In this document: piece after piece, positions 40,162 to 54,323 of the stretch
Layout of the letters: the number at the start of each line of letters is the position of its first letter
Numbering within the stretch: the first letter of the stretch is position 1
Origin: Auanema rhodensis
Lineage: Eukaryota > Animalia > Nematoda
Direction: 5' to 3'
DNA length: 64,000 nt
NCBI GenBank assembly: GCA_964057225.1
Contig: OZ059894.1
Span: forward strand, 16,120,001 to 16,184,000
Program-made: the position numbers and the translations under genes
Notes under the pieces: model-generated
What the model saw: the letters and a program-made list of their open reading frames with translations, nothing else
Database searches by the model: none
Told to the model about the DNA's origin: nothing

Positions 40162-43100
40162 ATGGATGGAATATATCACGTGATTCAGAATATTAAAACG
40201 TTTTATGATACCATCAATCCGGCTACTTTATCAGGTAATAATACTTATATATTTATATTATTAATGTTTTTGGATGTATAGGAGCTATTGATGTTGTTGT
40301 GGTAGAGCAGCCTGATGGCACGTTTAAATCTACCCCGTTCCACGTTCGTTTTGGTAAATATGGAGTGTTTAATCATAGTAATAAGGTAAATTGTTTAAAA
40401 TTTTCACTGTGTGCCGCAATTTTTCCCTATTTAGTATGTTGATATAACTATTAATGGGGAAGAAATAAATTTGAAAATGAAGCTTGGAGACTCTGGCGTT
40501 TCTTACTTTGTTGAGGAATGCGAAGGTGGAGCTCCAGAATATATGATTACTTCTCCTGTGCCGGAGACAGTTTTCCCCCAGCCTGAAATGGATGTTCAAA
40601 AGGTCGGTTTGTTTTGTTTTTGTTTTTCAATTTCATATATTACGCTTTAAGGTTCTTGATGCTAGTGCCAGGAAATTAGAAGAGTCTCAAACTGGCCGAA
40701 TTCGAAGAAATTCTTTAGATGATAATCAGTTATGTGCTTCTCGTGAATCTAGTCGTGAAGCTAGTAATGATCACTTGAACCACGATCAAGAGTGAGATTT
40801 CTTTGCGTATATTACAACTTCCAAGTTATGTTTTTCAGACAATCTCTATCTGAAATTCAGCTCAGATTACGTAGTATGCCGTTCCCTTCATCAGTTTTCA
40901 GTAGCCGAAAATACAGATCTCTTCCTGATTTGACTTCCCTTTGTGATGCTATTGCATGTGCACATCCAAGTGGAAAGTGTGGTACTGAGAAACCGACCCC
41001 TCTTAGAAAGTAATTGAAGAATTAAAAAAATATATAAATTTGATTGAATTTCTAGGTTGTCCATATTCCCTCATTCAAGATCACAAGCTTTTGATGCTAA
41101 AAATGCTTCAAACGAAGCTATATTGGAAACATTGAAGAAGTCTCAACCTAGAAGAAAGAAGAGTAAAAAAGAAGAAACAATGCCTATTAATATTCGCATT
41201 AATGTAAGATTTATTCAAAACTCCTTTTCGTATAAGAAATGTTTCAGAATGACAGTGATAGTGAGCTTGATTCCTCTTTGTCATCATCCACTGTTTCAAC
41301 ACCCTCTCCATCTTTACTTGATGCTCGAGATGTTGCAGATGGAGCTCTTTCTGATTCAGAAGTTGATAGACATCGTAATAATGAAACTGTATAGTTTTTA
41401 ACTTTTTTTCTATAATTAATCATATTCACTTTAGCATGAAAACGATGTAATGGATTGGAAGTGGGGTCAACTTCCTGAGACTAGAGAAAATAAGAGGCAT
41501 AATCAAAAAACTGAAAAACCTAAGGTATATCTTATCAAAATTTATTGGAAAACAGTTTTTCTTTTTTTAGAAAGAGTCCTCTGGATGGAGTGGATGGCTA
41601 CCATGGCGATCTCGCCCAGCTCGTTCCCCATCTCCATCAGAAGAAGAAGGCATTACTTTGGACGAGTTATCTAAAGCTACTAGCGATCCTGTAAAAATTC
41701 AGAAGTATCTTGGAAAAACAAAGAGTGGCAGGTAATAACTTTTTTTTGGCGTTTTCGAGCGCGTATATTCAGCATGAGTATTGACAGTGGCCATGCTTCT
41801 CGTGGTGCTTCACATCCAGCTAGTCCTGTGACCAAAACCGAAGACATGGACTTTTTAGATGAAACGGTATGTTTTAGTTGCATATCTCCAAATAATTCCT
41901 TCTATTTAACTCTATAGACCCCTACACAAGAGTTTCCTAATAGTTCTCTACTTTCCCAGGATAAACGTGAGTCTTCCCGAAGACTTCGAAGTAGTAGTGG
42001 GGGACCTCGAAGCGTGTCTTCAAGCGAGGATATATTGTATGCTCTTTAATATTTTTTTCAATGTTACTCATTCCTGTTTCAGCCCATTGAGTGAAGATGA
42101 CCTCGAATCAATTGAGGGGCAAGATGGAAAAACCTACATCAGGTCTTTACGTCTGTCTTCTGAAAAATTGAAGAGTCTTGGACTTCTTCGAGGTGCTAAC
42201 GAATGCAGATTCAGTATCACAACTAAATTCCAGGTGATTCGAGTTGATTTTTTAAACAATGTTTTTTATTAATTTAGGGTACATGCTGGTGTGCTTGCAA
42301 TATCTACTTGTATAAATGGTATGAACAAATAGTGATTTCCGATATCGATGGAACAATCACTAAGAGTGATGTGCTCGGCCATGTAATTCCTGCAATTGGT
42401 GGAACATGGGCCCACTCAGGCGTTGCTGAATTATATACTCACATCAAGAACAATGGGTACTATTTATTTATTGAGTGAACTCAGTCATTAATTAACTGTT
42501 CTCAGATACAAGATGGTATATTTATCGTCAAGAGCTATTGGTCAAAGTCATACCACGAAGCAATACTTAAGGAGTGTAGCTCAGAACAGTAGGCAATTGC
42601 CTGACGGTCCTGTTTTGCTGTCTCCTACTAGCGTACTTATGGCTTTCCGCAGGTTTGTAATAAGATTACGCGTACATTTTTGGTTTATGTGTTTTTAGAG
42701 AAGTTATTGAACGACGCCCTGAAGAATTTAAAATTGCTGCCTTGTCTGATTTGAAGAAACTGTTCCCAGTTGCCCTCCCATATTTTGCCGGATTTGGAAA
42801 CCGTGAAACAGATGTAACTTCTTATAGAGCTGTTGATATACCAGCGAAAAGAATTCTCATCATTGATCCTACTGGTAAAGTACGAAGGTCAGTTAGCTTC
42901 ATGTTTTTCGAAATTATCAAATTATATCTTTTACAGATCCGATTCTGTTGGTTACGTAAGTAGTTATCTATCGATGGCTAATGATACAGTGGATTTTCTT
43001 TTCCCTCCTTTGAACAAGTATCAAATTTTCAATTATTTTCTGTAGTGAAAATTCTAATTTCAGTAAAAATCCTGTAGAAAACAAAAGGGTTATTGCTGAT

Positions 43101-43285
43101 GTTGAGCAAAACTGGCTGGCACCTTTGGAACACAGGTATGGACTATTGATTAATGAATTGATTGATTTCGATGCTTTTCTAGTTCGTTCGTTCACTGGAA
43201 ACAAGCTGATTCTGAGGAATTAATGATAACAGATGATGACTTAAAAGCCTACGAAGCAAGAAGAACTAAAAGCAAAAGAAAATAA
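40162..43285 (+). CDS. lpin-1: Lipin / phosphatidate phosphatase
   Basis: [37 protein letters not shown]; [20 protein letters not shown] (DIDGT at 42341), [18 protein letters not shown]. Confidence 0.97.
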
Positions 43286-43848
43286 ATTCTATTTGTCCTA
43301 TTATAGGAGGGGCTAATTAATAATAATTATGTACAGGTGAAATAGTTGTTTTTTCTTGTTTTCTCCTACTGGTCATTCCTCAGCATATAATATTGCTGTT
43401 ATAAAATTGTTAACAGTTCCCTGTTTGGTTTTCCATCTTGTCTTTCCGTATTTGCTCTTGCGCGTTTCACCTCAACTCGCTTTATATTGCCTGTCCACTT
43501 TGCTGGTACTTATTGATCTTGTACATTATCAACTTTCTTTGATTCGTGACGTAGAACTTGAATCTAAGTCATTAAGATGCTAGTTTTGCATCATTTCTAA
43601 AGTGATATATAGTTTTTTTAGAGGTTCTATATACATTTGTATTGTACTAGAATAGCATTTTTTTGTTTTATCATGACTAGTCCGCATTTTGTTTGCTTTT
43701 TTCTGTGTTAAACTTGTTACTTGCGTCTACAGGTGAATTTATAAATTTTTCTAATTATTCTTGTTTTTTTATTGAATTGTTATAAAAGCCTGAAATACAT
43801 AATAAGATATGAAGTTAATACAAGAAGTTGTCAATTTTTATAGGCTTC

Positions 43849-46800
43849 ATGGAATCCGGTGAAGGTAACGTCGTGGTTCTGGAAGAATCAGATAGACTAA
43901 ATCGTAAATAACTTAAAATAAATCCTTTTGTAAGCGCAAACGTTTCAGCTGACCGAACAGAGTTAGAACTTCAGCCTTTAAATAGTCACCAAGTTTACAA
44001 ATAGATTGTTGCTAATAATTTAATTTTAAACTCCAGGAAAGTGGGCCACCTGATATAGCAGGCGAAGCAAATGCGAGTATTGTGGATAGGTAACGTTTTA
44101 AAGTTTCCAACAATATGCTAATATGAAAGCTTGATTACAATTATTAAGAAAAACTAATTTGAATGGGCATATTTATTGAAAAAGAAACATATAACACCAA
44201 TTACAGATGTAAATATCAGTTTAAGAGAGCTGTCGATGAATGTTATAAACTTTTTGGAATAGTTGATGACCCTACGATAAATACGTTTGTTTTTTTAATC
44301 GAAATTTAGCTCTAAGCATCATTCAGGCTACGAATCCAGCGTCGAGAGCAATGCCAAGATGGTAATGCTCTAGTTTTAATTATTTTCATTATCGTTATGT
44401 TAAGCTGGACATGAGAATTATAGAAGCAGGAGAAAACATGCTCTTAAAATACTTCTGAATTATTTAATACGTTTTATTGAAGCATGTATATATTTAATAC
44501 AAAGGTATTTACAATATAGTATTAACATATTCTGGATCACTTTTTCAGAGGAAAATGTACCAAACCAAGTCGAACGCCTCCAAGAATAGAAAGCTGCATA
44601 GATATAACCGAAACGATTAATATAAATGTAATTAACACTGAATCAGAAGAAGCGGCTAATCAAATTGAAGATGAAGAAGAAGATGATGGTGAAGATAGAG
44701 GTAAATTATGAAACTTTAATTTAAGTTATCAATTATTTGTAGAAGCCGATCTTCAAGTATCAAGATTGGATGAAATGAATGATATGTTCACTATACCAGA
44801 ATCTGATATACATGTGGAGACGGATACAAGATCTCGATACAGGAATGAAATTTTAACGGTATTCTTTTTTTTTTTGTTTTGATGTTCGGATTTTTATTCC
44901 AGGAAGCCGCGAGAGGTGTGCAAAGCACAATAAATCCTTATATGACACGAGGCTCTGGGTTGTTACCACTTGGTTTTTCTTCTACGTTTGAATCTCTTTT
45001 TTATGTACCTGAAACCACTTGTAGGTATGTCTATATATATATATATAGCTTTTCCTAGTTTCATTAAATATTTAGGCCATTTTTTACATATTATACGATT
45101 CTATCTTTAATACTTACGTTTACACTTAGTATTTGTTATTTTGAAACAATCCCTATTTCTATCCCAAAGAAAATTCAGGTAGCATATTTTCTGTATTTAT
45201 CTAAAACTTTCATTATATTTAAAGAAAACTGTAACTTTCAATGATCAATATAACAGTACAGCAACTTCATATACACACGGAAATATATATTATGGAGTTA
45301 GATCGGTGATAATGCTCATTCAACAGGTTTTTAATTTTATAATTATTATTAAAGGCTGCATTTATCCGGATGGGCGCAAAGTTTAGTCCATGTATGAGAA
45401 GTACCAAAATGCTGACTGATGCTCGAAATAAGGACATTGACGAAGAAAGAAAATCTGGTTGTTGTATTTTAAACGACAAGAAACATTGCTTTCAATCTAT
45501 TTCAGCGGATTGCTATGTTTGTTTGATTTTTGAATTCTTTCTTTATAACATTTCGCAATGTTACAGAAAGAACTAAATACATGGAAGAAATATTCAAATC
45601 GTAGTGGCCCTGTTTGTGGCAAAGATCCAGAGTAAATTGTTTTCAATCACGACTAAAACATTGTTTTGTTTTTTAGGTATTGTAAACGGCCAGAAAAGGA
45701 AGACTGGTCTGCAGATATTACTGAGTGGCCATCTTGTGAACAGAGTAAGAATCGTAGCACAGTTGAAGATCATATGAAATGTGTAGTATGTATGAAGACA
45801 CATTTTGATAAATTATCTAATAATTTAGTTAACTGCAAGACCATGTTGTGTTGATACCCTAGGACAATGTAAACTATTAACCAAGGACCTATGTGAATTT
45901 GCACAAGGTACTTTTCACAAAGATAAATTTTTGTGTAGTGAGGTTTCAAACATTTTAAATTTTTGAATTGAATTTAGTATTTAGGTCAATTGCCTAGATG
46001 ATATTTGTGGACCCTACAGAAGTTTACAGTTTCTAAGATTGGTGATATCTTTGTTTATACCTGCAGGGTATTTTTTTATATTTTACAATATCTTGATGAA
46101 AATTCTTAATTAAGGCTCTTGCATCTAATATCCATCTTATTTTATCTAATAGTTTTCGTTAGAAAAATCGAATATCTGCTTGGTGGGCGTTTAATGATTA
46201 TTTTCTTGGTTGCCGGTGTTACTGGAAATCTACTATCCGCTACGCTATCACCATATACTGTAAAATCAATGTTATATTTTTATTTTTTAGTTCAATTTTA
46301 TCGATTACAGGTTGAAACAGGACCATCCGGAGGACTTTCTGGTACTGTTGGTTATGCTTTCGTAGATATAATTTCTAATAGGTATATTAAACATTAAGCT
46401 ATTGTAATTTTTTTTATGTACAGAAAAAGCAATAGTAAATGGATTTCTCATTTTCTCGGTCATGTTTTTTTCGGCTTTGCTCTTCCTTTTCTTTTGGGAC
46501 TGACTCCATTTGTAGATAATATGGCTCACATTGGTGGATTAATTCAAGGATTTTTCGTTTCTCTTGGTAACTTTGTTGTAGATATAAGTTAATATTTTTA
46601 AAACTCTTCAGTAGTATATCCATATAGTTTCGAAAATGAAGATGAAAATGAAAATAATAGAAAACGAAAGAGAGCTAAGGTAATTACTATTCATAAAGAA
46701 ATTCTAATCATTTATCTTTAGTTGTTTATTGCTGTTGGGATATTTTTTTCTGTTCTCATTTTTTCTGTGACCTTGTATTTGTTCTATGGTGGTTTTGAAT

Positions 46801-46889
46801 TTGATTTAGGAGGATTATCTTGTTTAGAAATGCCACTCTATACTTGTCCAGGGATTGGCTTTGCTGATCTAAACCGGGCAATTGCCTAA
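43849..46889 (+). CDS. iRhom (rhomboid pseudoprotease family)
   Basis: Long cytosolic N-terminus, RPFFTY, Cys-rich iRhom homology domain (GAKFSPCMR, SGCC, SGPVCGKDP, DITEWPSC, RPCC), TM4 GPSG, TM6 DNMAHIGG. Confidence 0.9.
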
Positions 46890-47351
46890 AATGTTATGTA
46901 GAATAATTGAATACTATAGCCTTTGTTTCAATATCATATTATACACTTTTTTAATTTTTGCTCAAACTACTTATCATCTGTGATCATCCTAGTTTTCACT
47001 TACACTACTGATCTGCCACATGAATCTTTTCATATTATCAAAGCTTTCATATACTTTATTTTCATAAAAATTCTCATAATTTTCCTATTTTCGTATTTTT
47101 ATTATTTTATTCTATATACTTACGATCTACCAGCAATAACTAAATTCTTCATTACCTGAGTATTATACAATCTTTTTCATTTACTTCTGAATATTTTATA
47201 AACCTGGTTGTTTTATTTTATCTACTTGTTATTGTTTGTTTAAACTCCGTACATTATCTATCATACGTTTCAATTTTTCCGTCAGAATTATTTTTTTATT
47301 TTTGAATATCATCTTTCAATTTTGCTCATAACGTTCATATATCGTTTGTAA

Positions 47352-47930
47352 TATTAGGTTGTTAACTTGTTCCGTTCCTCCCGGTGTGTGCTAGGAAAAT
47401 GTAAAAAATAAGGAAAGTGCAAAAATTTATTAATTATTACTTCCTGTTCTTTCGCTATTCGCTATTCTCCAAAAATTTCAACCTATAATGATTTGAAGTT
47501 TGCACTCTTCCAGCTGATCTATTGATCAAAGCAGATGATAATCTGTTGGAGCAATATCTGAAGAGTATGAGATGCTTCCAAACATTTCAGCCCAGCTCCA
47601 GAAGCGTTTGTTGAGCTCTTGCACAACAGTGTTCGAGGGTTTTGTCATGCAACAACGCTATGCTCCTATTTCTGAACCCATCTTTATCTTCCATGGCAGC
47701 ATGAAGATTTCTATGTTGATCAGAATAGTGTTTTCCTTTTATGGCTCTTTCATTCTTAACAAATCTCGATCTATTGCTCTTAGTCGAGTTATATAGGGAA
47801 AAATTAGAAAATTTATGAATTTTTCCTATTCTTTTAACCGTTTCACAACATTAGCTTTGCTGACTATCAGTTGGGTTCCAATTGGGGGTGGAGTTGCTCC
47901 AGAAACTTCAACTTGAACTTTTCGGTTTTT
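47352..47930 (-). mobile_element. Degenerate mariner (Tc1/mariner) transposon remnant
   Basis: Minus strand reads HYSDQHRNLHAAMEDK..RSIALLHDKTLEH..QTLLELG*..YSSDIAPTDYHLL*S (compare LHDNARPH and YSPDLAPxDYHLFRS), with stops and frameshifts; TA plus TTAGGTTG TIR-like end at 47352. Confidence 0.8.
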
Positions 47931-48804
47931 TCCAATCCTTACAAGTGCTAAAAGCTGGATATGTATACATCTTTTATTTTTCGAAAGACTTCTTTAACAG
48001 AAATTACTATTTTAGAATGATAAAAGGGAAAGTGGTTCGCAATGATTTTCATTTAAAATTTTGTCTTTTATTAATTTTATTTAAATATATTTTCATCTAT
48101 TTCTTTTAAATTTTTTTTTCAATTTTGTTTGTGAAATTATCATAAAAATACAAAGAATTAAGGGAGCTACAAAACAAGTTAAAATAAAAGTTTTTGAATA
48201 ACCAAGTCTTCTTTCGAAACGTGAACTTTAACGTGGTTTTTGTCAAAAACGTGAACTTTACTATATCAAATACTTGAATTATATGAACTTTTATATAATG
48301 TCAGATGTCTTTGAACAAAAATTATTGAAATAGTAATAAAATATTATAAAAACATTCATTAAAATAATCAGAAATATTATAAGTTCTATAATAATTTGTT
48401 GCAAAATTTCAATAATTAAAATCATGGCGTTGACCTGAATTTTAAAACAAATATTGGAAAGAAACGTAAAAAGAAAGACAATAATGATAGTAATGATTCA
48501 GTCTAAGAATATAAAGCAAAAAGGAAGAATTAATCGGTGAGAATCGAATGCGTAGTAAGTAGTAGATCACAGTCAATAACAGGAAATATTCCTTCTTAAA
48601 GCTCAACTTGTGCAATTATTTCAATTGGATGATAACTATTCAAATAATATAATGATAATCTTAAATTAAAGTAGAAAAATGAAACAAATTTCTGATGATG
48701 TATAATGTACAATTAAATAGAAATCAACAGCTCTACAGGGACATTTATGTATATTGCTAGACTTAGAAAGCTTTTCAACGATGTTTTAGTTGTTTTAAAA
48801 AACT

Positions 48805-51800
48805 TTATCCAGCAGACATCCAAACTCCAGGATCTAAACGCATTTGTTGTTGTTGTTGTTGCTGTAGTTGCTGTTGTTGCTGTTGCTGTTGAGGTTGTTG
48901 TACAGCTACATCTGGAGTATAACCAGTATGTCTTCCACTAGTATCTATAGATGGCAAAGCCATGCCAGCAACACCCTGAAGATGTATAAGATTATTTGAT
49001 TTCTCTGCTAAGTTAAGCAATACTTGTGGAACCTGAGCTGAGTTTTGTTGAGCGACTTGTGGAATATATCCAGCTGGAGGATTAATTCTATTTTGATCTG
49101 GATATGGTGGACGTCCGTTTTCACCGACAGCGATACTGTAGGAGCTAGAGATGACAGGGTTAGATGGATTACTGTAGCCATTATTGTTGGAAGAATATCC
49201 ATTAGATCCATACTGATTATTAGAAGATGAATATGGTGGTGTATTAGTAACGGGAGCTACATCAGGTACATATCCACTTCGTTGTTCTCTGAAAGTGAAT
49301 ATTAAATTGAAAACAAAAGTAAACTCATCAGCATTGTTTAAGTTTTAAAAGTAAAACTTACGTTCTAGTGTTTTGATTGTTGCTGAATGATGGGTTAGCC
49401 CCAAATCCAGACATTGGATATGTAGTTTGTTGTTGGTTATTATTCATATTTCCTTGTTGTAAATCAATCATACCATTATTATTATTATTATTATTATTAT
49501 TAGTTCCATATCCATTAGGGTAACTTCTGAAATTATTTATCAATTTAGTTTTTTCTTTAAAAAATTTAATTACTACCTCATTTGTTGTCCATTCATTTGA
49601 TTTTGCATCATTTGCTGTTGCGAATTCATTTGTTGGCTATTCATATTCTGAAAATTAAAGAAAAAAATTATTTACAAGTTTTAAAAATTACATCCTGTGA
49701 TCCTGTATTATAGGTATTCATTCCATTATTTCCATTTACACCTTGTAGATTGACTACTTCAGCTACGTTATTGCTGAAATTATTAAACATTAACTGGGAC
49801 ATAACTTCGATGAACTCACTAAGCTCCTTGGTTCATGTTATTAGGTTGTCCGTAAGCTTGATTAGGATTCGTTAAGCTATAACACAATCATAAATGAAAA
49901 GTTTTATAATTGTATTCTTACCCATAAGCAGCTGCTCTCATTCTATCTACAGTGCCTGAAACACTGTTCATGACTCCACTAGCAACAGCTCGGCTAGCAT
50001 TTGCGATTTGTTCTAAATAAATCAAAATTATTATTATGTTTTATTTAATTAATATTGCAAAAGTCTATAATAATAAATACTTACGAGGAACAGCCAATGG
50101 GATCCATTTTGGATCAACATTAGGACCTCCATATGAAGTAGTGATATGATTTCTATTACGATAATATTGTTCAAAATCTCGCTGATTCTTAACAAGTTTA
50201 ATATTTTTTTCAAAAATAATATGATAATTCGTACTTGTTCAATAGAATGTGATTGAGAGAAGGATCTCCACTCAGGTACAAACAGGTAGAAACAGTTACG
50301 TCGCAGAATATTCAAATAATTTTCATCTCGAACTTGATCTTTCTCAATTCCATAATCAGGTAAACAGAAATCATGACAATCAGTACATTTTCTGTCTATA
50401 ATAAATAATAATTAATAATATTATTATTATTATAAAAGTATATACTTTGCTGATTAGTTGATATATAATCAAGCTGAATCCATCTAACTCCTTCACACTC
50501 AGGAACAGGAGGATCCATTTGTGGTGGCGTAAGAAGAGGAGAAGAAATCCATGTCCATTGTTCACCCCATCCTTGACTCTGTTCAGATCTCTACAATTCG
50601 ATTTATAAGGTAATTTACTTGAATGTTAAACTATCCACCTTCTTTCCTGCACCTGCAGCTTTTCTCATATCTAATTCGCTTTGAAGATTTGAACGATCAA
50701 GTGGTAGCACAAAGCAAGCAATGTTCTTTCCATTGTTCTTCAAAGATTCATCAATGACCACAACACGATTCTAAAACATTATTATAAGAAAGGAAATCAA
50801 TTTGTGAATTCGAAAAGCAAATGCTTAACAGATACTTGAATTTTAAAAAAATGAAAAAAACTGTTACGAGTAACATACCGCCTTGAAATCATAATAGTTT
50901 ATGTAATTTCCTTTAAATGGTGGAGCTCCTTGCATTTGCATACGAACTTGTTTTCCATCTGCTGCCATGACAATCTTACTCGGAATAGCTTGACCAGATC
51001 TTTGCATCTCTGGTGGAAGCCATGATAGAGTTAAATTCTGAATAAATTTCAAAAATAGTAATAAATAGTAATCTATATCTATCTAATACCTTAGGAGGTA
51101 TAAGTACTTGCGTTAATACTATAGCTATCATTGCTCCAATAATAACAATAATTAATAAAAATAGAATGCAGAAAGCGTTAATTGGTCTTGCACACCTATA
51201 ATGATATTTGAATTGTTAAATCAAATTATTTGATTGCTCTTAACCATGCTCTGCAGTCTTGAAGGCGATTTGGCTTCGTTTTGCCTGGTAGATCAGAGGA
51301 GGATTCTAATATATGAGCCATCGATGGAGTCTAAATGGTTTTTCAATAATTCCATTTTTAAATGTCTCCTTCATTCACAAATATATTTTATGTTTTTAAC
51401 TATATTACATATAGTTAATTAAAATATATTATTGAATGAAAATGAAAATGGAGAAGATGATACCTTTGATGGTGGTCGAGAATATTGAATGCTTCCAGCT
51501 GGTGGAACACCTGATGGATCAGCAAACACAGGCAATGATCCCTTGCCCTAGAATATGTAGATTTGATTTATTCAGTTCGACATTAAATTTTCAAGAAAAA
51601 ATTAAACATTTTAAGAATAGATAGAATTAAAAGGAAAGAAGAAGGAAAGATTTTGTTTTTGAGAACTTAAAATCTATTTATATACTGTTTTTCTTATTTT
51701 TTTCATTTCTAGATTTTTCTATCATTCTAATTTTATATTGGAAACAAAAGTTTTACAAAGAATCTATTGTACAACACAAACCTTTGCTTAAATCTTTCTT

Positions 51801-52209
51801 TCCAGGTTCAATTGTCTGCCCTTAATCTCAAACCCCCACCCTTTTCATAACTGTCTCTCCCTCTCTATCTCACCCTCTCTATACTTATTCAGTTCTTTCT
51901 CTTTCTCTAATAATAGTATGTACATTGATGCATATTCTTCACGATCTCTCAATTAACACAGTCTCTATAAGTCAAGACAAATAAACAATATAGTCATTGA
52001 CTACCCTCTAACCTACTCACCTTCCTACCTGCTCTCTCTTTCTTTGTATCTCTCTTTTTCTCTCATATCTATTCATTTCTCATATTCCTCACGTGCCAGC
52101 TGTCTCTGATACCTGTAACAGCTTCTCCATTTACGGACAACTACAGATAATTTTATCAACTCTTAATCTCCACACTAGTGACTCGTTTAATCACTTCCAG
52201 CGTCTCTCC

Positions 52210-52264
<55 letters not shown>

Positions 52265-54323
52265 GGCTCTTTCCTGATGCTTCTTCTTTCTTTTTATATT
52301 TCTATGATAGTTTTAATACCTCTGTTCTACTGATTTAATGATTGATTTATATTATAATTAGTCAATTTCACATTGTCAATCAGGAAATCCTACCTGGTAA
52401 TATCCTTCTACCGTAATCCCTAACTGAGATGAGGTCCGACTACTTGGCTGTTGAATTGTTGATATCATTGAACCAGATAAAGCCTTAATAATAAACATAT
52501 TGAATGAGAAAAGCTTCAAAAAGTTTCATAAAAAACAAACCTGATTCTTGAATGGAGCATGTACTTTCGGATAACAATTCACTTTAAGATTATTCAAATT
52601 TTCGTCTGATTCTACCAGATTCGTCCAGCTGGCACGGCGTCTACCGAGACCTATAATTATAATTAATATAGAATTAGAATAGTATAAATTAAAAGGAATA
52701 TAGAAATAGATACATGTAGATTATTGGTTAAATAGAAAAATGTTCCAACCTGATGAATCAGAATATTGACTAAAAGTGTCAATATCAGTTACAGTTGCAC
52801 TACCACTACGATATGCTGGTGGCGGTCCTAAATAAGAAAATAATTTTAAAAATATTATTTTTCTTGAAAGTTTAACACTTATATGTACAACACAGATAGA
52901 TAGAAGATAGATCAATGAAGGTAAGAAGGGGAATAGACAAGTAAAATCAGGAAAATCTTACTTTCTTCTAGAGAAGTCGTTGACTTGTTAAACTGTTTGT
53001 CGTATTGATGATGATGTTGAGATACAGGAATCATGTACATGACGATTCGTTTATGGTTTTTTTCAAATTCAAATTAGTCAAATTGGTATATCGTTTGTAA
53101 TCCTCAATCTATCATTCTATTGAATGACAAACTCGGAGGATTTGAGTTGAAAAAAAGGCAAAAACGTTCAAATGAGGAAGCAGGTTCAACGACTACACAC
53201 ACAAAATTCGGAATAGTATAGTTGGTGGATTCGTCAAGCTCACGAAATGTATATAGCAACTGCTGTGCCTGATTGACTAGTATCAGAGGTATTAGCCAAT
53301 TCAGAGAGAGGGAGAAATAAGAAGTGCTAGAATGGAAATCAAGAGTGAGGGAATACAGATTTAAAGAGAAAGAGAGAGAGAGAGAAGAGAAGAGAACAAG
53401 CAATAGATAGATAGGGGAAAGGGCAGTTAGCGGATAGAAGGTGATGGGGATTAACTAGGCTGACCAATAGCTAACTACAGATCTGTTGGGATCACGGCTC
53501 TCTCTTCTATTCTCTCTTAGCTTAACCATGAAGGACCTCGACCGATGATGATTAGCCTGTTTCTATGGAGACATTGATAGATTTGGCACCTTTCCAATCA
53601 GTATCTCTATTCCCTTTCACCCCCTTTTGTAGATAACATGTACCAAATATGCGTTTAAATATCTGATAGATATGCAACACAAGCCTTTCCCTATGTGACA
53701 CCAGAAATAACGGGACCAAATGCTCCCAGTAGGTTGCAGAGAGTTTTCGGACACCGATAGCTAGTGTAGGCACAAAGGATCGGATATGCTTCTGACTTTG
53801 GTCAAACAGGCTGGATAACACCTTCGACGACTTTCTAGTTCTGAAGAAAAAGTAAAGTTGCTCATCCGTGAGTTGTACAACTTTCGCCCGGCTTGTTCTA
53901 AGTTTGATTACAAATGTCAATTGAAAAATCGCATAAACAAGAGAGTTTTGTAATTATTTTCAAAAATTTTTGTAATACTATACTAATTGTATGAATATAT
54001 TTAAAATATTCAAATATCTATATATTTTTAATATTAGTATATCAAAGCTAAAATCCTCTTTCAAAAACGTAAATTTGAATTCTTAACGCTTAGGAGTTAC
54101 AGAGTATTCGGTCAGTTGACCTCAAAGGTGCTTTCATTGAAAGGTTATTATATTACATTTGTAGAGAAGAGAGATACAACAAGAATGACCAAATGAAACA
54201 ATTCCCCTTCGTCAAATAGAAATTTTTAATTAAATGTCTTCAAATTTGAAGATGATGTTGCAACATACCATGAATTGCTTTAGGCGCATGGTCCAAAGCT
54301 GGAAATCGAGCCTGTCGCGACAT
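48805..54323 (-). CDS. Type II membrane BRICHOS-type protein with Q/N-rich C-terminal tail (C09F5.1-like)
   Basis: ATG 54323; TM AFCILFLIIVIIGAMIAIVLTQVL; YYDFKANRVVVID...CFVLPLD...PECEGVRWIQL fits the BRICHOS D and two-Cys pattern; CTDCHDFCLP; polyN and polyQ tail. Confidence 0.8.
52213..52262 (+). repeat. (TC)25 microsatellite, intronic
   Basis: Uninterrupted TC run. Confidence 0.95.

Noticed and set aside
49839-49856. TATTAGGTTGTCCGTAAG resembling a mariner TIR
   Set aside because: Same orientation as the 47352 end and encodes an exon of the BRICHOS-type gene
53552-53920. 122-aa intronic ORF
   Set aside because: Non-ATG start, no recognisable domain, not needed for the host reading frame
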